A stretch of DNA of 39,752 bases from Candidatus Paceibacter sp. (GTDB lineage: Bacteria > Patescibacteriota > Minisyncoccia > UBA6257 > HR35). The notes below the pieces were generated by a model that saw only the letters and a program-made list of their open reading frames with translations, was not told the origin of the DNA and made no database searches. The stretch lies in the NCBI GenBank assembly GCA_023255765.1, contig JAGDVT010000004.1, forward strand, positions 1-39,752. The letters run 5' to 3'. Positions 22,131 through 30,576 of this stretch are shown piece by piece (the first letter of the stretch is position 1; the number at the start of each line of letters is the position of its first letter). The position numbers and the translations under genes were made by a program.

Positions 22131-22512
22131 ACTTTAAAAGAATTTTTTTAATAGATTCCGGTAAAATTTTTAATTTTCTGATATCTTTCTTTGAGGCTAG
22201 TATAAATTCCAAATGTTTTTCTTTTATTTTTATTTTTTTCTTTGTAATTTTTGCTTCAAATATAAAATTTATTTCATGGTGTAATATATTTTTTTGTTCA
22301 AAAAAATTTTCCTGCACAAAAATTAATTTTAGATTTTTTATTTTTAAACCAAACTCTTCATAAACTTCTCTTTTTAAGGCTTCTTCTAGTGTTTCTCCGT
22401 ATTCTACATGACCTCCTGGTAAAAAATAATAATCTTTATTTTTATTTTTGCAAAGTAAAATTTTTTTATCTATTTTAATCATTGCTCTTACTATTATTTC
22501 AATTTTATTCAT
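22123..22512 (-). CDS. NUDIX hydrolase
   Basis: 129 aa. GHVEYGETLEEALKREVYEEFGL fits the Nudix box GX5EX7REUXEEXGU exactly. Confidence 0.8.
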   Translation of the reverse strand: MNKIEIIVRAMIKIDKKILLCKNKNKDYYFLPGGHVEYGETLEEALKREVYEEFGLKIKNLKLIFVQENFFEQKNILHHEINFIFEAKITKKKIKIKEKHLEFILASKKDIRKLKILPESIKKILLKYV

Positions 22513-22527
22513 TTATAATATTATAAA

Positions 22528-23640
22528 ATGGATAAGATAGATCTTATTACGAAAAATTTAGAAGAAGTTTTAACAAAAGAAGATTTGATTAATTTAGTTA
22601 ATAATAAAAATAGATTAGTTCATTATATAGGCTTTGAAATTTCTGGTTATCTTCATTTGGGTACTGGAATTATGTCTATGCTAAAAGTTTCAGATCTACA
22701 AAAAGCAGGAGTGCGATGCCAAATATTTTTAGCAGATTGGCATAGTTATATTAATAATAAGCTTAATGAAGATTTAAGTACGATCAGAAAAATAGCTGTA
22801 GGTTATTATAAGGAGGGTTTTAAAGTATGTTTAGATACACTAGGAGGAAATTCTCAAAAAATAGATTTTATATTAGGAAGCGAGCTTTATCATAATAATG
22901 ATAAGTACTGGTTAACATTTATAGAAATAGCTAAAAACACAAATCTGGCTAGAGTTCAAAGAAGTATTGATATTATGGGAAGAAAAGAAAAAGATGTTAT
23001 AGATTTTGCTAAACTTTGTTATCCTATTATGCAAGTAGCAGATATATTTTTATTAAAAGCAAATATAGTTCATGCTGGTTTAGATCAAAGAAAGGCTCAT
23101 GTAATTGCACGCGATGTAGCTTTAAATTTATCGTTCTCTCCTTTATTAGATAATAAAAAAAGAAAAATAAAGCCCATCGCTATTCATCATCATATTCTTT
23201 TAGGATTACAAAAACCACCAAAATTCCCTATTTCAAAAGAAGAAATAAGAGAAATGGTCATAGACTTAAAAATGAGCAAATCTAAACCTGAAACCTGCAT
23301 ATTCATTCATGATTCTCCAGAAGAAATAGAAAATAAAATCTTAAAAGCATTTTGTCCTCCTAATGAAATAGAATATAATCCACCATTAGATTGGATTTAT
23401 TGGCTAATATTGCCAGCTAAAAAAGAAATTAAAATTAAAACTAGCTCAGGTGCTAAAATTTACAAAGAAAATAAAAAAGAGGAGTTGCTTTTTGACTATA
23501 AAAATGGGTTAATTCATCCTTTAGACTTAAAAGAGGCTTTAATAAAGGAACTTACTTCAATTTTAGAGCCTATTTATAAACATTTCAATAAAGGAAGGGC
23601 TAAAAAATTAAAAGATGAACTAACAAAAATTAAAAAATGA
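22528..23640 (+). CDS. tyrS: Tyrosyl-tRNA synthetase, archaeal/eukaryotic type
   Basis: 370 aa. HYIGFEISGYLHLGTG, YPIMQVADIF, KMSKSKP, DSPEEIENKILKAFCP and HPLDLKEALIKELTSILEPI parallel the Methanocaldococcus-type TyrRS as I recall it, including the Tyr/Asp tyrosine-binding residues. There is no bacterial S4-like C-domain. Confidence 0.85.
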   Translation: MDKIDLITKNLEEVLTKEDLINLVNNKNRLVHYIGFEISGYLHLGTGIMSMLKVSDLQKAGVRCQIFLADWHSYINNKLNEDLSTIRKIAVGYYKEGFKVCLDTLGGNSQKIDFILGSELYHNNDKYWLTFIEIAKNTNLARVQRSIDIMGRKEKDVIDFAKLCYPIMQVADIFLLKANIVHAGLDQRKAHVIARDVALNLSFSPLLDNKKRKIKPIAIHHHILLGLQKPPKFPISKEEIREMVIDLKMSKSKPETCIFIHDSPEEIENKILKAFCPPNEIEYNPPLDWIYWLILPAKKEIKIKTSSGAKIYKENKKEELLFDYKNGLIHPLDLKEALIKELTSILEPIYKHFNKGRAKKLKDELTKIKK

Positions 23641-24611
23641 AAAGAGTTTTAACTGGTATAAAACCAAGCGGGGAGATACAATTGGGTAATTATCTGGGAA
23701 TGATTAAAGAAATTATTGATATGCAAAATAAATATGAAGTTCTACTGATGATAGCAGATCTGCATGCTCAAACTGTTCCTTATAATCCTAAAAGATTAAA
23801 AATTTTAACATATGATTTGGCTAAATCTTTAATTGCTTTAGGTATAAATCCTAAAAAGACAATATTATTTAAACAATCTGATGTCCCTGCCCATTTATAT
23901 CTCTCTTGGGTTTTGACTTGCATTTCACCCTTAGGAGATTTAATGAGAATGCATGAATTTAAAGAACAATCTGAAAGATACAAAAAAGAAGGAGTGGGAG
24001 CTGGAATACTTTTATACCCGGTTTTAATGGCTGCAGACATTTTGATATATAACGCAGATATAGTGCCAGTAGGAGAAGATCAAAGACAGCATTTAGAGCT
24101 TACTAGAGAGCTAGCAAGAAGATTTAATGCTAGATTTGGTAAATTTTTTAAAATACCTGAAATATATATCCAAAAAGAGACTGCAAAGATTATGAGCTTG
24201 AATGACCCAAATAAAAAAATGTCGAAATCTATTCCGGAGGGATGTTTAGAAATTTTTGATTCAGAGAAAAATATAAAAGAAAAAATATTAAAAGCAGTCA
24301 CGGATTCAGGAAATGAAGTAAAATATGATCCTATAAATAAACCTGCTATTTCTAATTTAATGACTATTTATAAATATTTAACAAAAAAAAGCTATAGTGA
24401 AATTGAAGAAGAGTTTAAAGGTAAAGGATATTATGAATTTAAACTAAGAATTATTGAGGCATTTTTTGATTACTTTAAAGAAGCAAGAAATATTAAAAAA
24501 CAAATAAAAAATAAAGATATAGAAAAAATTTTAAAAGATGGAGCTAACAAAGCAAATAAGATTGCAAATAAAAATTTGAATATTATACTTAAGAAGGTTG
24601 GATTAAGGTAA
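23637..24611 (+). CDS. trpS: Tryptophanyl-tRNA synthetase
   Basis: 324 aa. Contains GIKPSGEIQLGNYLG, GEDQRQHLELTRELARRFN and KKMSKS. It has an ATGA overlap with tyrS. Confidence 0.9.
   Translation: MKRVLTGIKPSGEIQLGNYLGMIKEIIDMQNKYEVLLMIADLHAQTVPYNPKRLKILTYDLAKSLIALGINPKKTILFKQSDVPAHLYLSWVLTCISPLGDLMRMHEFKEQSERYKKEGVGAGILLYPVLMAADILIYNADIVPVGEDQRQHLELTRELARRFNARFGKFFKIPEIYIQKETAKIMSLNDPNKKMSKSIPEGCLEIFDSEKNIKEKILKAVTDSGNEVKYDPINKPAISNLMTIYKYLTKKSYSEIEEEFKGKGYYEFKLRIIEAFFDYFKEARNIKKQIKNKDIEKILKDGANKANKIANKNLNIILKKVGLR
24549..24599 (+). repeat. 51-bp perfect direct repeat, copy 1 (inside the trpS 3' end)
   Basis: aaagcaaataagattgcaaataaaaatttgaatattatacttaagaaggtt is identical to 24845-24895 by direct reading. 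Confidence 0.9.
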
Positions 24612-24844
24612 GAATAACTTTCTAAACAATTTGACAAATAAAATTATAGATTAAAAAAAGGCAAGTAAAATAGACATTTTTAAGATTCATTTAAGGGAGT
24701 GCTTGTTTTTAATTTGCTAAATTTTGTTTTAATATTATCTTATTAATATAAACTGTTGCTTTTATTGGAATTTTCAAATAACATCCTTAAAAATAAATAT
24801 CCAAAAACACCCTTAAAATCTATATTTTAATATATACCTTTAAT

Positions 24845-24895
24845 AAAGCAAATAAGATTGCAAATAAAAATTTGAATATTATACTTAAGAAGGTT
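24845..24895 (+). repeat. 51-bp perfect direct repeat, copy 2 (abuts/overlaps the efp stop codon)
   Basis: Identical to 24549-24599. The two copies flank 245 nt of non-coding sequence. Confidence 0.9.
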
Positions 24896-25457
24896 AAGTT
24901 ATCTCTTTTGCTCTTTCTACATATTCTCCTTTCTCTGTATTTATAACTATATAATCACCTTCTTTAATAAAAAGAGGTACATTTATTTCTGCTCCAGTTT
25001 CTATTGTTACTGCTTTATAATTAGATTTTTCTGAATCACCTTTTAAGCCAGGTGGTGCGTATATTACTTTATAAACAGCTTTTATTGGCAATTCAATATT
25101 AATCAATTTATCATCGTAAAATAAGCCAATTATTGGTAGATCTTTTTTAATAAATTTAGCTTTTTCTCCTAATTCTTCTATAGACAATTCGAATTTTCTA
25201 TTTTTCTCATCCATAAAATAATATTTATTTTGTTTGCTATATAAAAATTTAATTTGTTTTTTCTCTACTTCTAATTCTTCTAATTCTTCTTCAGGATTTA
25301 AGATTTTGCTAATTACACTATTATTTTTTATATTTTTAAGCTGGAATTCAATTTCTGCCTTACCTCTCCCTCTATGAGCATGGGTTATTTTAATTATTCT
25401 CCAAATATTTCCATCTATTGTTACTATATCACCTACTTTAAAATATTTTGCTTTCAT
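24894..25457 (-). CDS. efp: Translation elongation factor P
   Basis: 187 aa. Aligns without gaps to E. coli EF-P over the N-domain (F.vG..i.iDG), and also shows PPGLKGDS and VPLFIKEGDYIVINTEKGEYVERA. Confidence 0.9.
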   Translation of the reverse strand: MKAKYFKVGDIVTIDGNIWRIIKITHAHRGRGKAEIEFQLKNIKNNSVISKILNPEEELEELEVEKKQIKFLYSKQNKYYFMDEKNRKFELSIEELGEKAKFIKKDLPIIGLFYDDKLINIELPIKAVYKVIYAPPGLKGDSEKSNYKAVTIETGAEINVPLFIKEGDYIVINTEKGEYVERAKEIT

Positions 25458-25458
25458 T

Positions 25459-26964
25459 TTATTCTGATTTTAATTTTTTTAATAAATTTTCTAAAACATC
25501 TATTTCTTTTTCTTCCTTATGGGGGTTTGATTTTTTAAAAGAGACTTCCAAATTTTTAGAAACTAATTCAGAAATTTTTACTCCTTCTTTATATTTTTCT
25601 TGACATTCATAACAAACATCAGTTTCAGAATTTTTATCTCTCCAAAACATTTCTCCACAATATTTACACTCTACTAATTCTTGATTTTCTGCCTCAGTAG
25701 CTTCTTTATATTTTTTAAATATTTTACTTTCAACCAATTTTCTATTTTTAGAATATTTTATCCTAGATAGTCTTATTATTTCCTCTTCGTAAGATATTTC
25801 TGGTATTTGTCTAGGAGGAAAGGTTTTTGCCAGAAAAGGCGGTACAGGAGAACCATCTACTAATATTTTTGCATAAATATGGTATTTTGGTAAATTGATA
25901 AATTCATAAGCTTTTATATCAACAAATTCTTTTTCTAATCTTTCAGCATCTAGACTACCTGTTTTAAAAATTAATAAATTACCAACATTCCCAAAAACAG
26001 CTTTTAATATAGATTCTGGTACTTGATCCAAATATTGGTGTGATAATATTAGATTTAATCTATATTTTCTTGCTTCAGATAATATATTAACAAAAGATTC
26101 TGTTGCAAAATTTTGAAACTCATCGATATATAAATAAAAATCCCTTCTTTCTTCTTCGGGTATATCAACTCTACTCATAGCTGCTAATTGAAACTTTGTT
26201 ATCAAAAGACCACCTAATAACATTGAATTTTCTTCTCCCAGCTTACCTTTTGATAAATTTCCTATAAATATTTTTCCTTTATCCATAATTTCTCTTAAAT
26301 CAAAAGAGCTTTTTTCTTGTCCTATTATGTTTCTTATTAAAGGACTAGCAATAAATTGACCAACTTTATTTTGAATTGGAGCTATTGCTTCTACCCTAAA
26401 AGATGTATGATACCTAGCAAATTCTTTTTCCCAGAAAGCTTTAACTACAGGATCTCTTAAATTATCTACAACCATTTTTCTAAATTGTTCATCTCCTAAC
26501 ATTCTATTAATATCTAGTAATGTAGTATTAGGATATTCTAATAATGCAAGTAAAGTATTCATTAGAATATATTCCATTCTGGCAGACCAAGCATCTACCC
26601 ATATTTTTTTAAATACAGATAGTATACTTGATGCTACAATATGCCTTTGTTCAAAGTCTACATTTTCTAAAGGATTAAAACCGATAGGGTATTCTATATC
26701 AGATGGGTCGAAATAGATTACATCTTCTAATCTTTCTTTGGGTATAAACTTTAAAATTCTTAATATACTATCTCCGTGTGGATCTAGATATCCTAAGCCT
26801 TGATTTGTATTAATATCATAAAAAATCATATTTTCAATTAACGTAGTTTTACCACTCCCAGTTTTACCCAAAATATAAACATGCCTTCTTCTATCTTCTT
26901 TCTTTATACCAAAATTTACTTCCCTATCTCTAAAATATGCTTTTCCTATAGGTAATATATCCAT
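25459..26964 (-). CDS. Soluble VirD4/TraD/TrwB-like (type IV coupling protein family) P-loop ATPase with C-terminal zinc ribbon
   Basis: 501 aa. Contains Walker A ILGKTGSGKTT, LDPHGD (compare DPKGE of coupling proteins), Walker B FYLYIDEFQNF and LILSHQYLDQ. I see no TM helices. The C-terminal CKYCGEMF...CYEC looks like a zinc ribbon. Confidence 0.7.
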   Translation of the reverse strand: MDILPIGKAYFRDREVNFGIKKEDRRRHVYILGKTGSGKTTLIENMIFYDINTNQGLGYLDPHGDSILRILKFIPKERLEDVIYFDPSDIEYPIGFNPLENVDFEQRHIVASSILSVFKKIWVDAWSARMEYILMNTLLALLEYPNTTLLDINRMLGDEQFRKMVVDNLRDPVVKAFWEKEFARYHTSFRVEAIAPIQNKVGQFIASPLIRNIIGQEKSSFDLREIMDKGKIFIGNLSKGKLGEENSMLLGGLLITKFQLAAMSRVDIPEEERRDFYLYIDEFQNFATESFVNILSEARKYRLNLILSHQYLDQVPESILKAVFGNVGNLLIFKTGSLDAERLEKEFVDIKAYEFINLPKYHIYAKILVDGSPVPPFLAKTFPPRQIPEISYEEEIIRLSRIKYSKNRKLVESKIFKKYKEATEAENQELVECKYCGEMFWRDKNSETDVCYECQEKYKEGVKISELVSKNLEVSFKKSNPHKEEKEIDVLENLLKKLKSE

Positions 26965-26967
26965 TTT

Positions 26968-27246
26968 TTATTTATTTAAATTTTTAAATTTCTTATCATA
27001 ATTCACCCAAGATTCATAAACTTCTGGGTATTTTTCTTTTAAATAATCTAAAATAAAATTTCGTAATTCTTGTGAATCGATTAATTCTTTATCTTCACAA
27101 AACTCTAAAGCTATTCTACTTACATCCTCAACTACTTTAAATACCTCTTCTATTCCTGCATCTTTAGCTGCTTTTTCTATAGAAATTTTTATTTTTTCTG
27201 GGTTAAATTCTTCTTCGTATCCTTTTCTTTTTAAAACTTTTTTCAT
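26968..27246 (-). CDS. Stand-alone ATP-cone domain protein
   Basis: 92 aa. VLKRKGYEEEFNPEKIKISIEKA...ELRNFILDYLKEKYPEVYESWVNY follows the ATP-cone (NrdR/RNR N-terminal) consensus. No zinc ribbon or catalytic domain is attached. Confidence 0.65.
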   Translation of the reverse strand: MKKVLKRKGYEEEFNPEKIKISIEKAAKDAGIEEVFKVVEDVSRIALEFCEDKELIDSQELRNFILDYLKEKYPEVYESWVNYDKKFKNLNK

Positions 27247-27284
27247 TAAAAATTATTATAAAAGAATATTTACAAAATTTAAAA

Positions 27285-27584
27285 TTATTCAAAAATAGGT
27301 ATTTTATAACCACTTTCCAATTTTACATATGCTTTTTTGAATTTAGGTCTAGTTGAAGGAATTCTACTTCTACCTCTTTTTCTTTTGGGATAATTAATAG
27401 TTCTTACCTCTTTTACCTTGACATTAAAAATTTTTTCAATATGTTTTTTTATTTCAATTTTATTCAAAAAATTTGGTCTAATTTTAAAAACATATGTATT
27501 CTGATTTTCTGCCAACTTTTTGGTTTTTTCAGAAATTATAGGTAAAATTTCAATTTTCTCCATAATTTGCATTTTATTTTGCAA
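27285..27584 (-). CDS. rplW: 50S ribosomal protein L23
   Basis: 99 aa containing ISEKT..L....N.YVFKI....NK.EIKKHIEKIFNVKV..V.T. It follows rplD. The start may be an internal Met. Confidence 0.85.
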   Translation of the reverse strand: MQNKMQIMEKIEILPIISEKTKKLAENQNTYVFKIRPNFLNKIEIKKHIEKIFNVKVKEVRTINYPKRKRGRSRIPSTRPKFKKAYVKLESGYKIPIFE

Positions 27585-28221
27585 AAGTATTTAATATGAC
27601 ATCTAAGCTTTTTGGTTCTAAAAATATATATTTATGATTCAAAAGTGAAAGCAAATTTAAATTTCTTGCTTCAATTGCATCTGCATAAGGGAGGTTTCTT
27701 ATAGATTTTATCAACATTTTATCATTTTCAGGAATAATGAGCAATGCTGATTCATATTTTTTTTCTGTTTTTCTCGGTTCCAAAAAATTTATTAAATACT
27801 TATGTATAAGTTTAGTTTTATATTCTTCTGGTTTTAAGCTTTCTAAAAATCTCGCATAATTATTTTTAATTTTATCTGCCAAAACCATTAAGATTGCTTT
27901 TCTTCTCATCTTTTTTGTAATTTTAATTTGTCTTACCTTTTCTTTTCGAGGTCCAAAAGTAATTCCTCCTCCTACAAATATAGGAGACCTTATAGAACCA
28001 TGTCTTGCTCTACCTGTATGCTTCTGAGGCCAAGGTTTTCTTCCACCACCCCTAACTTCTCCTCTTGTTTTTGTATGAGCATAAGGATAATAAGTATTAA
28101 GGATTTGCCATCTCATCACTTGATGAATTAAAGGTATATTTTTATCTAATTTTTCCAATATTTCTGGAATTTCTATTTCTCCTATTATTTCTCCTTTTTG
28201 ATTATATAAAGGTACTTTCAT
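27574..28221 (-). CDS. rplD: 50S ribosomal protein L4
   Basis: 215 aa containing HTKTRGEVRGGGRKPWPQKHTGRARHGSIRSPIFVGGGITFGP. Confidence 0.9.
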   Translation of the reverse strand: MKVPLYNQKGEIIGEIEIPEILEKLDKNIPLIHQVMRWQILNTYYPYAHTKTRGEVRGGGRKPWPQKHTGRARHGSIRSPIFVGGGITFGPRKEKVRQIKITKKMRRKAILMVLADKIKNNYARFLESLKPEEYKTKLIHKYLINFLEPRKTEKKYESALLIIPENDKMLIKSIRNLPYADAIEARNLNLLSLLNHKYIFLEPKSLDVILNTFAK

Positions 28222-28230
28222 TTTTAAAAT

Positions 28231-28878
28231 TTATTTAACATTTATTAATTTTCCTTTGTTTGTTAGATTTGCACTTCTTATTTCTAATATAGAACCTCTT
28301 CTTCCAGGTACACTTCCTTTAACTGCTATTAAATTATTTTCTTTATCTACATATATTATTTCTAAATTTTTAACCGTAACCCTTTTATTACCTTCTCTAC
28401 CTGCCATTTTAAGACCTTTAATCACCCTTTGAGGAGTAGTGGCACCTATTGAACCAGGATGTCTATATTTAGTTGTTTGCCCATGTGTTCTTGGTGCATC
28501 TCTAAATCCCCATCTTCCAACAACACCTAAAAATCCTTTACCTTTACTTATTCCTGTAATATTTACTTTTTCTCCTTCCTCAAATATGCTCGCATCTATT
28601 ATATCTCCTATTTTTAAATTATTTGAAGGATTTTCTGGTAATCTAAATTCTCTTAAAATAGAAAATTTACCAAGATTATGTACTTGACCTAAAACAGGCT
28701 TATTTACTTTCTTCTTTTCCCCATATCCTAATTGAACAGCATTATACTTATTTTTTTCTTCTGTGATAACATTAGTTACAACACAGGGGCCAGCGCTTAT
28801 CAAAGTAACTGGAATTGCAGTATCATCTTTAAATATAGTTGTCATGCCTATTTTTTTCCCTAAAATGAATTTATACAT
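28231..28878 (-). CDS. rplC: 50S ribosomal protein L3
   Basis: 215 aa containing ILGKKIGMT, GISKGKGFLGVVGRWGF and HGQTTKYRHPGSIGATTPQRV. Confidence 0.9.
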   Translation of the reverse strand: MYKFILGKKIGMTTIFKDDTAIPVTLISAGPCVVTNVITEEKNKYNAVQLGYGEKKKVNKPVLGQVHNLGKFSILREFRLPENPSNNLKIGDIIDASIFEEGEKVNITGISKGKGFLGVVGRWGFRDAPRTHGQTTKYRHPGSIGATTPQRVIKGLKMAGREGNKRVTVKNLEIIYVDKENNLIAVKGSVPGRRGSILEIRSANLTNKGKLINVK

Positions 28879-28941
28879 AAATTTAAAAAAACCTTTAATT
28901 GAGGATTAAATTTGTGAATTAAGACTTTATTATTTATAATT

Positions 28942-29268
28942 TTAAACTAGTTTTAGCTCTATTTCAACTCCAGCAGGAAGGTCTAAATAAGAGAAAAGTT
29001 CTATTATTCTTTGTGAGGGATTTAAAACATCAATTAATCTTTTGTGAATTCTAAGTTCAAATTGTTCTCTAGAGTCTTTATATATAAAAGGGGACCTATT
29101 TACAGTAAATTTCTTTATTTCTGTAGGCAAAGGAATAGGACCTTTAATTTGCATTCCTTCTTTTAAAAGAAGATCAACAAGTTGCTTAGCATATTTATCT
29201 ATTAATCTATGATCATAAGATTTCAATCTTATTCTCAATCTTTGTTCTACTTTTTGCTTAGTTGACAT
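28942..29268 (-). CDS. rpsJ: 30S ribosomal protein S10
   Basis: 108 aa containing LRIRLKSYDHRLID...GPIPLPT...FTVNRSPF.YKDSREQFE.R.HKRLIDV. Confidence 0.95.
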   Translation of the reverse strand: MSTKQKVEQRLRIRLKSYDHRLIDKYAKQLVDLLLKEGMQIKGPIPLPTEIKKFTVNRSPFIYKDSREQFELRIHKRLIDVLNPSQRIIELFSYLDLPAGVEIELKLV

Positions 29269-29304
29269 TATGTGTGCAAATAAATTTTAATTTCTAAATT
29301 ATAA

Positions 29305-30504
29305 TCATTTTATAATCTTTGTAACTACTCCTGCTCCTACAGTTCTACCTCCTTCTCTTATAGCAAACCTTAATCCCTCTTCTAAAGCTATTGGATATAT
29401 TAATTTTACTCTAAATGTTGCATTATCACCCGGCATTACTGCTTCAATGCCTTCTGGTAAAAATATTTCTCCAGTAACATCTGTAGTCCTAAAGTAAAAT
29501 TGTGGTTTATAACCTGTGTGGAAGGGAGTGTGTCTACCTCCTTCTTCTGGTGTTAAAACATATACTTCTGCTTCAAATTCTGTATGAGGAGTTATTGTAC
29601 CTGGTTTTGCTACAACCATTCCTCTTTCAACTTCCTCTTTAGCAATACCTCTTAAAAGTAAACCTACATTATCTCCTGGATGAGCTTCATCTAAATCTTT
29701 ATGAAACATTTGAATTCCTGTAACTACAGTTTTTAATGGCTTCTCTCTCAAACCAACAATTTCTACCTCTTCATTAAGCTTTAATATACCTCTTTCCACT
29801 CTTCCTGTAACTACTGTTCCTCTACCTTGAATAGAAAAAACGTCTTCTATTGGCATCAAGAAAGGTTTATCTACGTCTCTAACAGGTTCTGGGATATAAT
29901 TATCTAAAGCTTCTAGTAATTCAAGAATAGGCTTTGCCCATTCATCATCTAAACTTTTAGCTTCTAAAGCCTTCAATGCTGACCCTTTTATAACAGGAAC
30001 TTCATCTCCTGGATATCCATATTTTTTAAGTTCATTTCTTACGTCCTCTTCGACCAATTCTATAAGTTCCTTATCTGGTACTAAATCTATTTTGTTTATA
30101 AATACAACAATTGCTGGTACATTAACTTGTCTTGCTAAAAGTATATGTTCTCTTGTTTGAGCCATAACACCATCATTTGCTGCTACAACTAAAATAGCAC
30201 CATCCATTTGAGCTGCACCTATAATCATATTTTTTACATAGTCTGCATGCCCTGGGCAGTCAATATGTGCATAGTGTCTTTTTTCTGTTTCATATTCTGA
30301 GTGATGGATATTAATAGTGATGCCTCTTGCTTTTTCTTCTGGTGCGTTATCAATTTCTTCTACTGATTCTGCTTTTTCTATAAGACCTTTTAATTTTAAA
30401 ATATATTGTATAGCTGCTGTCAAAGTAGTTTTACCGTGATCTATATGACCAATTGTACCTACATTAATATGGGGTTTAACTCTTTCAAATTTTGCTGCTG
30501 CCAT
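29305..30504 (-). CDS. tuf: Translation elongation factor Tu
   Basis: 399 aa containing [31 protein letters not shown] and NKIDLV, plus full-length EF-Tu domains II and III. Confidence 0.97.
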   Translation of the reverse strand: MAAAKFERVKPHINVGTIGHIDHGKTTLTAAIQYILKLKGLIEKAESVEEIDNAPEEKARGITINIHHSEYETEKRHYAHIDCPGHADYVKNMIIGAAQMDGAILVVAANDGVMAQTREHILLARQVNVPAIVVFINKIDLVPDKELIELVEEDVRNELKKYGYPGDEVPVIKGSALKALEAKSLDDEWAKPILELLEALDNYIPEPVRDVDKPFLMPIEDVFSIQGRGTVVTGRVERGILKLNEEVEIVGLREKPLKTVVTGIQMFHKDLDEAHPGDNVGLLLRGIAKEEVERGMVVAKPGTITPHTEFEAEVYVLTPEEGGRHTPFHTGYKPQFYFRTTDVTGEIFLPEGIEAVMPGDNATFRVKLIYPIALEEGLRFAIREGGRTVGAGVVTKIIK

Positions 30505-30547
30505 TTTTATTCAATTTGTGATAATTTAAAATCGACCTTTTAGTTAA

Positions 30548-30576
30548 ATTTTAATCTATATTTGTTTAAAAGTCAA
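30548..30576 (-). promoter_or_regulatory. Sigma70-type promoter for tuf (TTGACT-17 nt-TAAAAT)
   Basis: Reverse complement reads TTGACT (30576-30571), a 17-nt spacer, then TAAAAT (30553-30548). The -35 lies in the last codons of rpoC. Confidence 0.55.

Noticed and set aside
22513-22527. T-box or other leader upstream of tyrS-trpS
   Set aside because: Only 15 nt separate tyrS from the divergent Nudix gene, so there is no space for a riboswitch-type leader.
24743-24784. 13-codon minus-strand mini-ORF (MLFENSNKSNSLY*) in the trpS-efp spacer
   Set aside because: It is too short, has no supporting signal, and is expected by chance in AT-rich sequence.
24549-24895. The 51-bp repeats as a CRISPR array
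   Set aside because: There are only two copies, one inside a coding sequence, with a 245-nt spacer and no cas genes. This is not a CRISPR array.
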